Shown here one piece after another: positions 1-12,559 of a stretch of 64,000 nucleotides of DNA. A model generated the notes under the pieces. That model worked only from the letters and a program-made list of their open reading frames with translations. It did no database searches and had not been told where the DNA came from. Position numbers and translations under genes: made by a program. Origin of the DNA: Phyllosticta citribraziliensis (lineage: Eukaryota); the NCBI RefSeq assembly GCF_038025025.1, contig NW_027117339.1, forward strand, positions 1 to 64,000. Direction: 5' to 3'. Numbering within the stretch: the stretch's first letter is position 1; every line of letters starts with the position of its first letter.

Positions 1-122
1 ACCCTAACCCTAACCCTAACCCTAACCCTAACCCTAACCCTAACCCTAACCCTAACCCTAACCCTAACCCTAACCCTAACCCTAACCCTAACCCTAACCC
101 TAACCCTAACCCTAACCCTAAC
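1..122. repeat. Telomeric repeat tract (CCCTAA)n / (TTAGGG)n, chromosome end
   Basis: About 20 perfect tandem CCCTAA units at the start of the window, then an abrupt switch to unique sequence. Confidence 0.99.
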
Positions 123-732
123 TCACCACGAATGTTGACCGACGCCTGCCTCCATGTCGGAGGCCATCTTTCTACTATCGGTCGCGTGCTGCCGAAATGG
201 TAGCCACCATGAGCGATGAGGTGATGAATGGAGCAATACTCATCAGAATCGTAGCATGGAGGCGGCGCCTGCGCCATTCAATGTTCGGCGAGGTCGTGCA
301 ACGTGTGCTTGACCCCAGCCTCCCGTGTTACTAACCTCAACTCATCTCCGCAATTTCAGCACCGTACTCTCCATGGTATCCGCCACACAATCGCGACTCC
401 CAAGCACAGAAAGACCGTCTACCCACTCGCATCACGCCGTCGTCGTCCAACCTACTTGCATCCGCGAGACCCAACAACCGACTCCCGAATCTCTCTCATC
501 ACACCTCTCGCCGTCGCTCTGTCGTTTTGCTCACTTGACGTGTTTGCTCCCACCCGCTCTATGTGTGTCCGCGATAGTTTTTTGTTCGTTTTCCCGCTCG
601 TTTCCCGCCATGGCCTTCGTCTCGCCGCGGCAGGGGGATATGTCATCGCGCCCGCCTTTCTTACCTTAGTCTGCTTTTTGCAGTGGGTACTACTGGTGTC
701 CTGGCTTCTCGGTGTCGGGAAAACTCCCTGTC

Positions 733-3700
733 CCAGCTTAGTGCTCGCCCTTGCCTTCCCCGCTGCGCGTCGCCGCTGCGCGGCGATTTGCGGTTGATTT
801 ATGTGCCTGGGGGATGAGATATGCTCGTCCCGGCTCACGGCTCGCGGCTCGCCTTGACCGGTTGACGGGACACTGACTGGTCATCATATGATTAATGGTC
901 CACAAATAACAATCGGAAATGGACGCAACTTAATCAGTGCCCAGCAACAAGCCAAAACCGCGTACCAGTGGGGATCAGGTTGAACCAGGCGAAGACCATG
1001 CAAGACGCCGCGATGGAAGTTGCACTTGGCCCAGAGCGACGAAGAGTCGCAGCTGCGGGTGATTGACTGCCTGAATGAATTCAAGAGAAGGGATCGAAAG
1101 TTCCCGGGCTCGCCTTGTGGCTATCAAGTAAGACTGGAACTCCACCTTCTAAGAGAGTATCGAGAATGGCGTAATTGGTGACGGGAATGGTGGCCAATTG
1201 GTAGATCTCTGATGGCTCAGAAACCCTCTTCTCGTAAAACCAAACGAGCGAGTGGGCCTCAAAACGTCTGCCAGGTTGGACTGCTTCCCGTACGGATTTC
1301 CCCAGTGCATTTAAGTTCCTGGGCCCTTTTTTGCTTCAACTTTCAGACGTGCAACTGCAGTGACCACTGGCGGGCCTTGCCGGGCTCCACGAAAAAGCAT
1401 GCGATCTTTGCGCATGTGGCAAAGCAAAAGAAAGATTTGCACTGCACATGACTCTCATGTAGGCATACCTTTCGTTCGGTCTCTCCGGGATCCATGAATA
1501 CCTAGACAATCAAACCGGAGGTTCTTCGACATCGCGACTCAATGCGAAACGAGACGAGCACCGTCTATCCCACTTACCCCTGTGGCTATCACGCACCGCT
1601 AGGTGCCACCCAAGGAGGTCAACGATGAGCCTCAGCCAAAGAGGAGGAAACTCAGTATCACTACAGGGAGCAAGATGTGCCACCGAAGGAGTTCAATTAA
1701 ACGCTCTTCATGTTTTCATTGTGGATTAAGTCGACGCTGCTGCCGGCGCTGAAACGGAAAGGCGACTTCTTACACGGCGAGTCTTGCGTGATCGATATTT
1801 CTGGCCCTGCTGACTTCAAATCTGGACAAAGCCTAAGCGCCGTCATCAATATAAGCTCAGCGGAAGCTCAGGACCACCAAAGAGAAAAGCGTTTAAGAAT
1901 CGCTCGGCCGGATGGGAGGTTGTACCATGATTTGAGATTGGCAAAAAATCAGTGCATCTCCCTCGTTATCCCGGGACGGGAATCCGGCGAAGCGAAATTC
2001 TGAAAACAGCATGCCCGCTGACGGCTTCCAGGAAACAGCTGGAAGGTGATGACTGCAGACTACCGAATTTTGCTGGCCTCTCAACTCAATCATGATGGAG
2101 TTTACAGGATAGCTTTCGTGCGAGTGGAGGATAGCCGAAGAAGCTTCTGTTGGCTTTTCAGGTAAAGTAAATATGGATGTATGATGAGACTTGCAGTAGA
2201 ACTGAACTCTAGGCACAAACGCCAGTTCTCTCCTTGTCCGGGATGAGCTGTCGAGTGGAACGGTGGGGCGGAGGTACCCAAGACGAGAAATTTGGGCGTC
2301 TCCATGTTGGAGTTGCCTGGACCCGAAAAGAAGAGGAAAGGCAAGAACAAAGTCCGGGCGGCTGCAGGAAATGCAAAAGGCGAGTAGAGTGCTCTGTCTT
2401 CGCCTGGCTCATCGCTCGCCTCCGCCGCCCCACCGCTTCGCGTCGGCTTGTCAGTTCGAGCCGGGCATGTGGCGTCTGTGTCCCTTGTGCCTACTGATTC
2501 CTGAACTGCGTGTATGCTGATCTCACGACTTTCCAGAAGTCATTCGATTTTGATACGGCTCGTAACTCGCCTGGCTTCCTCGGCCCCGCGTCAGTTTTGA
2601 CATTTGTTGTCGTATTGATCCAATGAGGCTACCTTCCATTGAAGGCTCTGCGTAGATATTTCGACGGGGAGGACAATGATCTGGGCTGATGTGCAGCTTG
2701 ATCTCACTCACGTGCTCGCAACACCAGGAGGCCCTCCACGAATCCAAATCCATTCCTGAGTTCCGGCGACAGAAGAGAGCCACAGCACCAAACTTTGAGT
2801 GGATAGTTCATATCGCAATTTGATGATTCAGATGTTGGGATGCCGCCGTACAGTTAACCATTCGTGTCTGATTCTCGGGCGAGTCCCTGACGGGAGGCGC
2901 CTGTGATGCTTAGCTAGCAGAAATGTCAGTCTTGCGTCTCCATGTCCTCCACCTACCATTTCGTGTTGATTGGGCCGAAAGGCACCCGTTTATGTGACTG
3001 GCTTGTGACTCCGCCTTCTCTCTGCCGTTGCGCGTCGACAACATCGGTCCTGTTCGTGAGCGGCAGTTGAAATAGACTGTGCACTCAGTCATCTCCTCGG
3101 ATCCTGCTCCGTGCCCGAGGTACCTTATTGGTTCAATGTCTGTTCGTGTATACGGTCCATGGCTCGCCTTGCATCTGCCGCTCCTCATAGGCTTGCCGTG
3201 AAGGTGTCTGCCTGTACCTGACATGTCAGGATTGAGATATTATCAATTCCGGTTGGTAACTCGCCTCGTCATCCACCGCATTGCGTCAGCGTGCCGCGAA
3301 ACCCTTTTGACCGCGCGGCTTCTGTTGGTTTGCCGCATTTTTGCTTCGCCGTCTGTCAGAGTCTCTGCACCTCTCTGACGATTGATGGCAGCCATGCCGT
3401 GAGGTGCTTGCTTCTCAAGCAGTGAATGCCTGGCGTTTCATCTGTCAGTTATCGGGACTGTACTCACATCAGATTCGTAGCTCGCCCGATCTCAGCCGCT
3501 CCACGTCGCTTGAAGTGATTTGTTTTGTATCCATGCCGGCTCGTGGCTCGCCTGTCCATCCATCGCTCCGCGCCGGGTTGCTGTTTTCTGATCCTGGTCT
3601 TTGGCCATCCCTGGCTCTATATCCCTCGTGCAATCCACTCGTAGCTCGCCTGACCATCCGTCGCTGCGCGTGAACTGCAACCCCTTTGCCGTTTGTCTGG

Positions 3701-4901
3701 GCTCGTTTCACCTCCCACGCTGCGTTTCTGTTTTGTTATGTTTCCCCTGGATGGCCATCACCGGCTTGCGCTCCTCGTGCAATCGGCTCGTGTCTCGCCT
3801 CCCTTTCCCGCCATTCCGTTTCGGCTTCCCGTTTGGTTACTCGTCTTTTCCAGATTCGTCTACCTTCCTCTGTGACCGGCTCGTATCTCGCCAGACAACC
3901 GCCGCTGCGTGTCGATATTCCGTTTGATATTTCGCAGTATACCTAGGGGCTGGTCTGACAGCGACGAGACGCGGGCGGGGGACGCCCAGCGTGTCCTGAA
4001 GAGCGCGGTCGGTCATTGCCATCTGCTGGTTCTAGACGCGAATGGCCTGAGTGACGATCTGGTTGAAGCATGTTCTTGCTGTAGTGGACGTTGTCATTGT
4101 GCCGCTGCTCTTCGACCGTTGAGCGCTCGGTCGAGCGTCGTCTCCAATGTTTTGCGTTACAGGGTTTGCTCGCTGCTACACATCGGCCTGCTTTATGGCG
4201 TTTGCCCTACCGTACATCACCCTTCCACCACTTCGCTGGCTACTGTCGTGTGTCGTATTTTCGGCCTCATCTTTTGTCTGCTCATCCCGTCTGCCTGGTC
4301 CATGAGTACGTCACTCACTCTTGACAGACTTGGATAGACCCTTCCCTGGCTTTGCTCTCTCCGCGTCTATTCTCGATCTCGTGCTGCGTTTGTTCCAGCA
4401 CCGGGCTGGCACCTCGCCTTCCCCTCCCGCGTCGACTTTACGTTTGGCATTGGCCTGTTGTTGATTGGTATCTGTATCTCCTCGCATGATCGGTTTTTGT
4501 CTCACCTCCTCACCCAGCACTACGCGTTGGCTTGTCTTTTGGTCTTGGTCTAGCGATCCAGCTCCGTGACCCGCATCCTGGCACTTAGTTCGCTTCTCCC
4601 GGTACCTTCTGTAGACTCGTTGACTTGTGTTGGTAGTCTGTACCTGGAATTCAGCGCCCGGCTCGTAGCTGGCCTCGGCCCGCGCCGCTGCGCATCGGCG
4701 CTGCGTTTGGTGCTCGACTGTTGGCTGTGTCGCTTCCCTTGGTCTGTACCTGGATGTCAGCATCTGGCTGCGACTCGCCTCCGCCACTACGAGCAGGCTT
4801 GTCGACGTATTGCTGGCCGTTGCGCCATGTCAGTCTGAAAAAAACATGGCAGAGTCCCGGCTCGCAGCTCGCCATCCCCTCCGTCGCTGCGCGTCGGCTT
4901 G
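733..4901 (+). repeat. Dispersed subtelomeric array of a degenerate ~44-bp bipartite motif (CCGGCTCGTRGCTCGCC-N6-7-CCGYCGCTGCGCGTCGGCTT), about 17 copies
   Basis: Copies found by eye at about 733, 838 (half), 2403, 2556, 2998, 3153, 3249, 3470, 3536, 3634, 3784, 3876, 4401, 4491, 4658, 4764 and 4857, all in the same orientation. Confidence 0.75.
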
Positions 4902-5655
4902 GCGTTGTGTTGATGGCCACCTGGTGGCCTCACCTTGACATTCCGGCTGGTCCCCACCAGTTTCAAACACCGTTTTTCCAGTCTTGGTAGCGTACTGCCG
5001 AAAATGGGTTGCATGTTGGAAGCTCGACGGTTGTCACGTCAAAGTCACCGTCACAATTGGCAGTGGAACTTCAGGGAGGACGGTCGTCAGATTTGGGTTC
5101 ATTGCCTGCTCAAGCCTTGACCTCGACCCTGCCCGCGTATGCCTGCTCACGACTCGTGTATTCCTCGTCCTCTGACCTTGCGCCGTGTTTAGCCATTTGT
5201 CTACGAGCCGAGGGATCGTGCGGTGTCCGTTTGGAGAGAGTCGTTGCGAGGAAGCCTTGTGCTCGTGGTCAGTACAAGCGATGAGCTTGTGCATGGAACA
5301 GAAGAGACTCATCAGCAGTCCGGCTCGCGAGTCGACCGTGGCGTGGCTAATGGAGGTGCTGAGGGACACAGCTGCCATCGCTCTTGCGCCATCCGCAGAG
5401 GAACGGCCGCTGGAAGTACTCGAGGTACACAGAGGTAGCGGATCCCGCCGAAAGACCCTGACTAACAGCGAGAGTCGATCCGGCGCGGTTACTGACCGGT
5501 AAGAATACGCGCCGCTGCTGTCATGCTACTGCAGGCTAGCTTGTCGGCCGAGTGCTCCCATTTCTTTGCGACGACCTCGCCTCGTTCGAATTTGCCCTTG
5601 ACGATGCCCTGTCCCGGCTCCCGGCTGTGCAGAAAGGTGGTTTGACCGCTGGCGC

Positions 5656-6747
5656 TTGAGACCACGCAGCGCGTGCACGCCAAAACTGCCCTCGGCGACG
5701 TCGCACTCGACGTTGTACGAAAAGGTGGTCGCAATGGGGAAGGAGGTGTCGTCATCTCAGGATGACAAGGGTGGTGACGTTGTCCGAAGCAGTTCTGCGC
5801 GCGTTGGACGCTCCCAGGCCGCGCAAAGGCTGGCCTGCACCGTGTCGTTGTCGGGCACTTGTTCGCCTGGTGGTGGCATGTGCGTCATTTCCTTCATTGT
5901 CCGAGGCGACGTAGCTTCCGTCATCAGCATTGTGGTCCGGGGACATCTTGCGGTTTGGTGGTGGCTTGGTTGTGCAATATATCGGTTGGTGATATTTTGG
6001 CGACAGAGGACCGCCGACTCAGCGAGAATCCGCAGGCCAGACCGGGAGCAGCCAACACCCGCAACTCTCCCCCTCAGTCATGACCTGTCCGCGGAGGAGC
6101 TGCCCCGCGTCGTGTCGTTGTCGGGCGCTGCGGTGACCACTGCGCGAACAGACCGTGACCGCGACGTTGGTGACCTCGAAGATGGTGAGGACTTTGAAGA
6201 AAGCGAAGAAGAGAATGCCGGGCTTTTTCGTCTGCTGACTATTCATGAGGAAGCCCCGTCGAATCTCGGGCAGCATAGAGCACAAGATGTTGACACCTGG
6301 TCTGAGGAAGCTTTGGTATTGGTGGGCTGGACGTTGGTTTTGCTCGACTTCTTCTTCCCACAAGCGCTGGACAAGGCGAATGAAGCTTGCCAGGTACTCG
6401 CGCAAATAGTCGATGTCCTGATGATCTTCAGCCAGCACCTGGGACGGCTGTTGGGAAGGCGTATCGTACAAACCTTGCACGTTCGGGGTTTCTGCTGACT
6501 CTCCACGAAACAGCCCGGCATTCTCTTCCCCGTTTTCCCTTCTTCAAAGATGGGCCCACGATGCGTCCAAATTGGTCAGCTTTGCATGCGGAGGCGGACC
6601 GATGACGGCTTCTACCTCCTACCAAGGACACAAGATGAAGATGAAGACTTCAACTGGAAGCAAGTTGGGTACTGGACCGCGGCCCAGTTTGAAGAAGATG
6701 AGGATGTAGAAGAGAGAGTGACTGCCACCAGCCGCCCCGGCCCATGA
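5656..6747 (+). other. Possible degenerate or lineage-specific coding remnant
   Basis: 280-codon ORF 5656-6498 with an acidic tract (DLEDGEDFEESEEE) and a short acidic ORF 6550-6747; no recognisable domain and no convincing gene model. Confidence 0.2.
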
Positions 6748-7102
6748 TTCTCACGTCACGCGTTTCGCGTCTCGCGTCGCGGTAGATCCTCGCTAGTACT
6801 TTTCGCCTAGGCCTATTCATACGGCGTCGCGGGCGACCCGGGCGCAAGGGTAACAAACAACGCGCATACGCTCTACCTAGATATCATCAAGGTCATCATT
6901 AGATCATCGGGTGTCTCTTTGCGACGGTACTTCCACCTTCCGTCCTGGTCAATCGTTTGCTTCTGTTTGAAGCGACGGTGCTTGTCTTTCGCCGCGCCCG
7001 CGAGCCGCACAACGTGCAAACGCCCTTCTTCCACCTCTACTCAACAACACAACACTCTACATCCACAACTCTCGCCCTCTCCGAACCGCTCTCATCACCG
7101 TT

Positions 7103-10100
7103 ATGGGCCGCACCTTCACGCAGCCGCCTGACTTGGATACACTCCGTCTCTACCGCAATGTCTCTTCGCGTCGCGTCGACCTCGTCGGCGATTACGCCGG
7201 TAGCGAGCCGTTTCTCGTCGCAGGCGACTCGCTGTTGCTCGAATGCTTCTCCGACGACCTACTAGATTTCCAAGGTTTTTATCTTCTTCCCAGCGTGACG
7301 CGCTGCGCTAATTCAATGCGCAGATGGCTACCAGATGCTCCACGCTGCCTGGCTGGTAGAGCGCTTCTTGAGCAACCTCAACCAGCGCAAATGCAATTTT
7401 GATCTTGTGTTCTTCGACGACCATGAGCACCTTTGTGTCCCCTCGCATACGACTGGTCCCGCGGCGGCGAAGTATCTTCTCGCTCGGGCTGTCATCTTGC
7501 GCCATCTGCAGGCCAACCTTGCCAGTGCATCTTCCGACATCAAGCTTCTGGTTTTTCCCTCAATCCATAGCTCTGAATTCAGTGCTGCGCTCACAAGCAG
7601 CGGCTACATGTTTGTCATGATGAATGATGGCGCTGCCGATGGATGTCTCTGCGAGCATCACGAGCGCGACAAGGCCATTCTTCGCACGGCCATCATCGAC
7701 ATCCTTGATCGAGGCTACAATGTAGCATTGACCAACGAGCTCGAGTGGAGAGACACGAAGGTCATCGCGTCCATCCTCGAAGGAAGCAAGAAGTCGGAAC
7801 GACACGCGCCAAAGCCCAACGGGGTTGCCGAAACGAAGAAACCCGACAGCTTGTTTGGTCAAGAGATGTACGAACTCTTCTCCAAGTACCCCAGCCTGGC
7901 CGCGCAGAGCCTCTCAGAGCGTCTGTACCTCGTCTCAGCCGCCCTCGTCACTATGATATCCACGGAAGACTGCACGAGCAGCCAAGCTGCAGCACTGCTC
8001 ACCCATTGCGCTCTCCAGCGTCAGCTGCCTCTTGCAACTCGCGCCGAAGCTACTTCCGCGAGCACCCAAGAAAGCCAACAATTTCTGCAACACTTTGCCA
8101 AAGTCTGCCGGGGCATCATGGAATCCTCGTCCTGGCAGAGCTTTGTCGGCGAAGCACAAACGTCGTCGACAGACATCGCCGATCTCGTCGACGGCAGGTT
8201 GTTCAACAACATCCTCACTGGCCACCTCACCGACATAAAACTCGACGAGGAATCTTCGGCCATCTTCCAGTCCATGGCAGACCTAATTTCATCGGCAGCG
8301 GGCCGACCAGCCGAACTTGAACACAGTCGGCCTTCATCGGAATCTGTCATCAACAAAGAGCAGCCTTTGCAATCTCATTACGAGCTTCTTCCTTTCTCCG
8401 ACCGAGTTTTCGACAAGCATCTAGCATCCACCAAATTGGATGTCGATGAACAAGCTATCCAGCCTCTCACGGCTGGGAGCTCCAGGGCTTTTCGAGAATT
8501 GACTCATTGGCACAACGCCAGTCGTCCTCTCGACAAGAGGACCGCCCGTGCTGCAAAAGATAAGCAAGCATTTTACGTCCGCCGCCGAGACCAGCGCTTC
8601 ATGGCCGAGATGATGGCTTACGCCGCCAGTCTCACCAACGCCGTCGGTAAGGTTCTTGAGCCTGAGACGATCCTTCAGACTGCAAAGTCGAATGCCTCCA
8701 ATCCAACCAAGGGAAAGCAGCAGCCATCGCAGACTGGCAAGACCGGGGGTGGCAAAAGCAAGCAGCCGAGCAAAAAGCAGGCCATCCTGGACCAACGTGC
8801 TGTTGAAAAGAAACAGAAGGACGTCCAAAGCGCTTCGAAAACCTTGAGCTCGTGGCACTCTGTGTGCAAGGAAATCCAGAAGGCGCAGCAGCCCGCGGAT
8901 CGCTACGCCAAGGCTCTTCGCTACCTCAATTCCCTGCCCAGTTCTAAGCAAGAGGTCGTGGGGACAGAAGTGGAGTTCTATGCATTGAATTGCCTCCTCG
9001 AACTCTGGACCTCTTCCATCGCGGATAGTTCCAAAGCTCCCAACTACCAACTCGCTGCCAGGATCTGGGAGTCCGTCGCTCGACTGAACAATGCACCCGA
9101 CCTCACGAAGTCCATGGCCACGAGGCTGCAGAAGATTGTTGATGCTTTGGGTCTGTCGTTCGTCATTTCGGAACCGAGCGCTGAAGATCGCAAGCTTCCG
9201 TACGAGTTTGCCCTGCGCCCTGGCAAGGCCAATGCTCTAAGGATACCCCGTCCGTCGAAAGAATTCCAGCTTCTTCACTGCGGCCCTTACTTTGATCGCA
9301 AGATGGATTCTGCTGTCGACGAGCGCGTTCCCTTCCAGCCGGACGGCTGGCAGCGCAAGGTCCTGGATGTCATCGACGCAGAGAAGAGTCTCTTCGTTGT
9401 CGCTCCGACAAGTGCTGGTAAAACCTTCATTTCTTTTTACGCCATGAAGAAGGTTCTCGAGGGCTCCGATGATAGCGTCATCGTATACGTAGCACCAACC
9501 AAAGCCCTCGTCAACCAGATCGCCGCCGAGATCCAAGCGCGCTTCTCAAAGTCTTACAAGCACGCAGGCAAGTCCGTCTGGGGAATCCACACTCGCGATT
9601 ATCGTGTGAACAATGCCACCGGATGTCAAGTCCTTGTTACGGTTCCGCACATCCTCCAGATCATGCTTCTGGCGCCTGCCCACGCGGATTCCTGGTCTGC
9701 TCGTGTCAAGCGCATCATCTTCGACGAGGTCCACTGTATCAGCCAGACAGATGAGGGCATCATCTGGGAGCAACTGCTTCTGCTTGCCCCATGTCCGATC
9801 ATTGCGTTGTCCGCAACTGTTGGAAATCCCGAAGGTTTCCACGGCTGGTTGGCTTCGGCGCAAAAGGCCATCGGAAACGATCTCGTCATGGTGCATCACC
9901 CCCACCGGTACTCGGACCTCCGGAAGTTTGTGTACTTGAGCCCTGAAAACTTCGACTTCGCTGGGCTTCCAAAAGAGCCTGTGATCGCACGGGTCGGCTT
10001 GGACGAGAGTAGAGATTTCAAGTTCGTCCATCCTGTTGCCGCTTTGCTCAATAGGTCGCGTGGAGTTCCCATGGACTTCGCAATGGAAGCTCGTGACTGC

Positions 10101-12431
10101 TTTACGCTTTGGCAGGTCATGGAATCCCGTCAGACCGAAAGCCACAGAGTTCCAGCATCGCTGAACCCTGAGAAGGCTTTGCCTGCTGTCATCACCCAAA
10201 CCGACACCATCAAGTGGTTTCAGAGCCTGAAGCAGCTCCTCGTTGAATGGATGGCCGACCAGCATTCTCCGTTTGACAAGGTCGTCCAGGATCTCGGTGG
10301 AGACTTGTACAAGTTCGAGGCAGAGCACGACACAGACCTCGAGCCGCAAAAAATGATCGACACGGTGCTTCCCCTTCTCTACAACTTGCATGAACAAGCC
10401 GCCCTGCCCGCTATTCTTTTCAATTTCGATCGGTCCATGTGCGAAGAAATTTGTAGAACCGTGATGGAACAGTTGAAGCAAGCGGAACAGAAGTGGAAAG
10501 AGACGTCTCCGGTGTGGGCGAAAAAGATGGAGTCCTGGGAGACGTGGAAGAAAAGTCGGAAGGGCATGTCAAAGAAGAAAGCGTCGACGAAGACCTCAGC
10601 TGCGCCTGAAGACGGCATGGGCAAAGCCGACCTGGAAAGAGACGCTGCGTCCGCCGACGCGGACTCCTGGGAGACATTCGATCCCAACGCCCCTCTTGAC
10701 GGCTTCCATTTCCTCGAGCGCACCAAGCTGCAGAAGTCTGAGCTTGAAGCGTATGCTAGAGAGCTTCGCTACCGCGGCGTTCCTGACGATCTGATCGAGG
10801 CCCTTTCTCGAGGCATCGGAGTTCACCACGCTGGTATGAACAGGAAATACCGCCATGTTGTCGAAATCCTCTTCAGAAAAGGCTTGCTGCGGGTCGTCAT
10901 CGCAACTGGCACTCTGGCCCTGGGTATCAACATGCCTTGCAAGACGGTGGCGTTCTGCGGCGATTCTGTTTTTCTGACGGCTCTCAACTTCCGTCAAGCA
11001 GCAGGTCGCGCTGGTCGCAGAGGCTTCGACGTTCTCGGCAACGTTGTGTTTCACGGAATCCCTGTCTCCAAGGTTTGCCGCCTTCTCAGTTCTCGCTTGC
11101 CCGAAATCAACGGGCATTTCCCGATCACGACAACCTTGGTTCTCAGGCTCTGCACCCTGCTTTCGGAATCCAAGCACTCAGACCACGCCGTTCGTTCAGT
11201 CGATGCTCTACTGTCCCAGCCTCGTCTTTACCTCGGCGGAGACGAGAACCGCACGTCTGTGCTTCACCATCTTCGCTTCTCTCTCGAGTACCTGCGCAGG
11301 CAGTGTCTGCTTGACCAAAATGGAAATCCGCTCAACTTTGCGGGATGTGTGTCGCATCTGTACTACACAGAGCCATCCAACATGGCCTTCCACGCTCTTC
11401 TCAAGGAGGGCTACTTCCACAAACTGTGCGCTGGTATACGCAAGAACCCAGAGATGACTGAGAGGGTCACCCGAACGCTCATGCTTGTTCTCTCGCACAT
11501 TTTCGGTCGTCAATTCCTCCCTCAAGCGACAAAGGAATCTGTGGAGATCATCAAAAACTCCCCATCAAATGTCATCTTGCCGCCCCTTCCCGAAGACGCC
11601 GAAAATATCCTCCACCAGCACAACGAGGAAGTCCTCGGACTTTCCAGTTCCTACGTGCGCAGCTTTGTCTCCAACCATGTCACCGACCCGGACTGCTACC
11701 TTCCCCTGACAGGCACCGGATTCGGCAACCCCGACAACAATGCAGGTGCTACTCCCCACGGAAAAGCTCCCACTACAGTCCGCTCCAGCTTCGTTGCCCT
11801 CTCCGGTCACAGGGACGACACCTTCACCTCTGTCAATGAGCTTTGCCATACTGTCCGCGCTGGAGTATTCCTTGAGGAGGCCGTGATCCCGTATCTACCA
11901 ATCGTGGCCGAGCTGCCGCTCAACGCATACCTCCTCGACTTTTTCAAGCACGGAGACGTTACTGCGTTGGCCAACGCAAACAACATCAAGAAGGGTGAGG
12001 TCTGGTTCCTCTTGAACGACTTCAGCATGATACTGGCAACCATTACTGCGAGCTTGACAAATTTCGTCAAGGGGACTGATGCATCTGAGGATGATGACAT
12101 GTTGGTGGTAGGAGATGGTGATGCGCACGAGGGGGAAGTCGAGGATCAGCTTGGCGAGGAGGCTGCGCCGGTGGAGACGACGAAGAAGCCTTTGCCGGTG
12201 CGCGAGAAGAGCAAGAAGAAGATCATGCAGGAGAGTTGGGATGACGAAGGGGACGACGACGGCGATGCCGGCGCAGGCGACGTCAATGGCGAGACGAACG
12301 GACAGGCTGACGACGGTATGAGTATGCCTGCATGGGAGGACGACGGCGAAGGCAACTTGCTTGATGTGCTGTTCGCCTTCAAGAAGCTTGCGGAGGAGTT
12401 CAACCTGAAATTCAAGGCCATGTGGGCTTAG
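7103..12431 (+). CDS. DDX60-like Ski2-family DExD/H-box RNA helicase (~1760 aa); intron 7275-7323
   Basis: Motif I APTSAGKT, motif II DEVH, motif III SAT, motif VI QAAGRAGRRG. N-terminal RRVDLVGDYAG...GDSLL segment typical of fungal DDX60-like proteins. A 49-nt GT..AG intron with a GCTAAT branch site joins ORF 7103 to ORF 7335 in frame. Confidence 0.9.
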
Positions 12432-12559
12432 ACAGTAGATGTAGTGGGCGATTTCAATATTTTCTTGAAATATTGTCCTTTAGTACACAGACGCCCTCGG
12501 CCTCGCTAGCTCCATGAATTCAAAGTGCTTCAAGGCTTTATTGACTACAGTGATGCTAT

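Noticed and set aside
733..4901. Calling the subtelomeric repeat/spacer array a CRISPR
   Set aside because: Eukaryotic context, highly degenerate repeats, irregular spacer lengths and no cas genes.
7103..12431. Telomere-linked RecQ helicase (TLH) or Y'-like element
   Set aside because: The motifs (PTSAGKT, DEVH, GRAGRRG) are Ski2/DDX60-type RNA helicase motifs, not RecQ.
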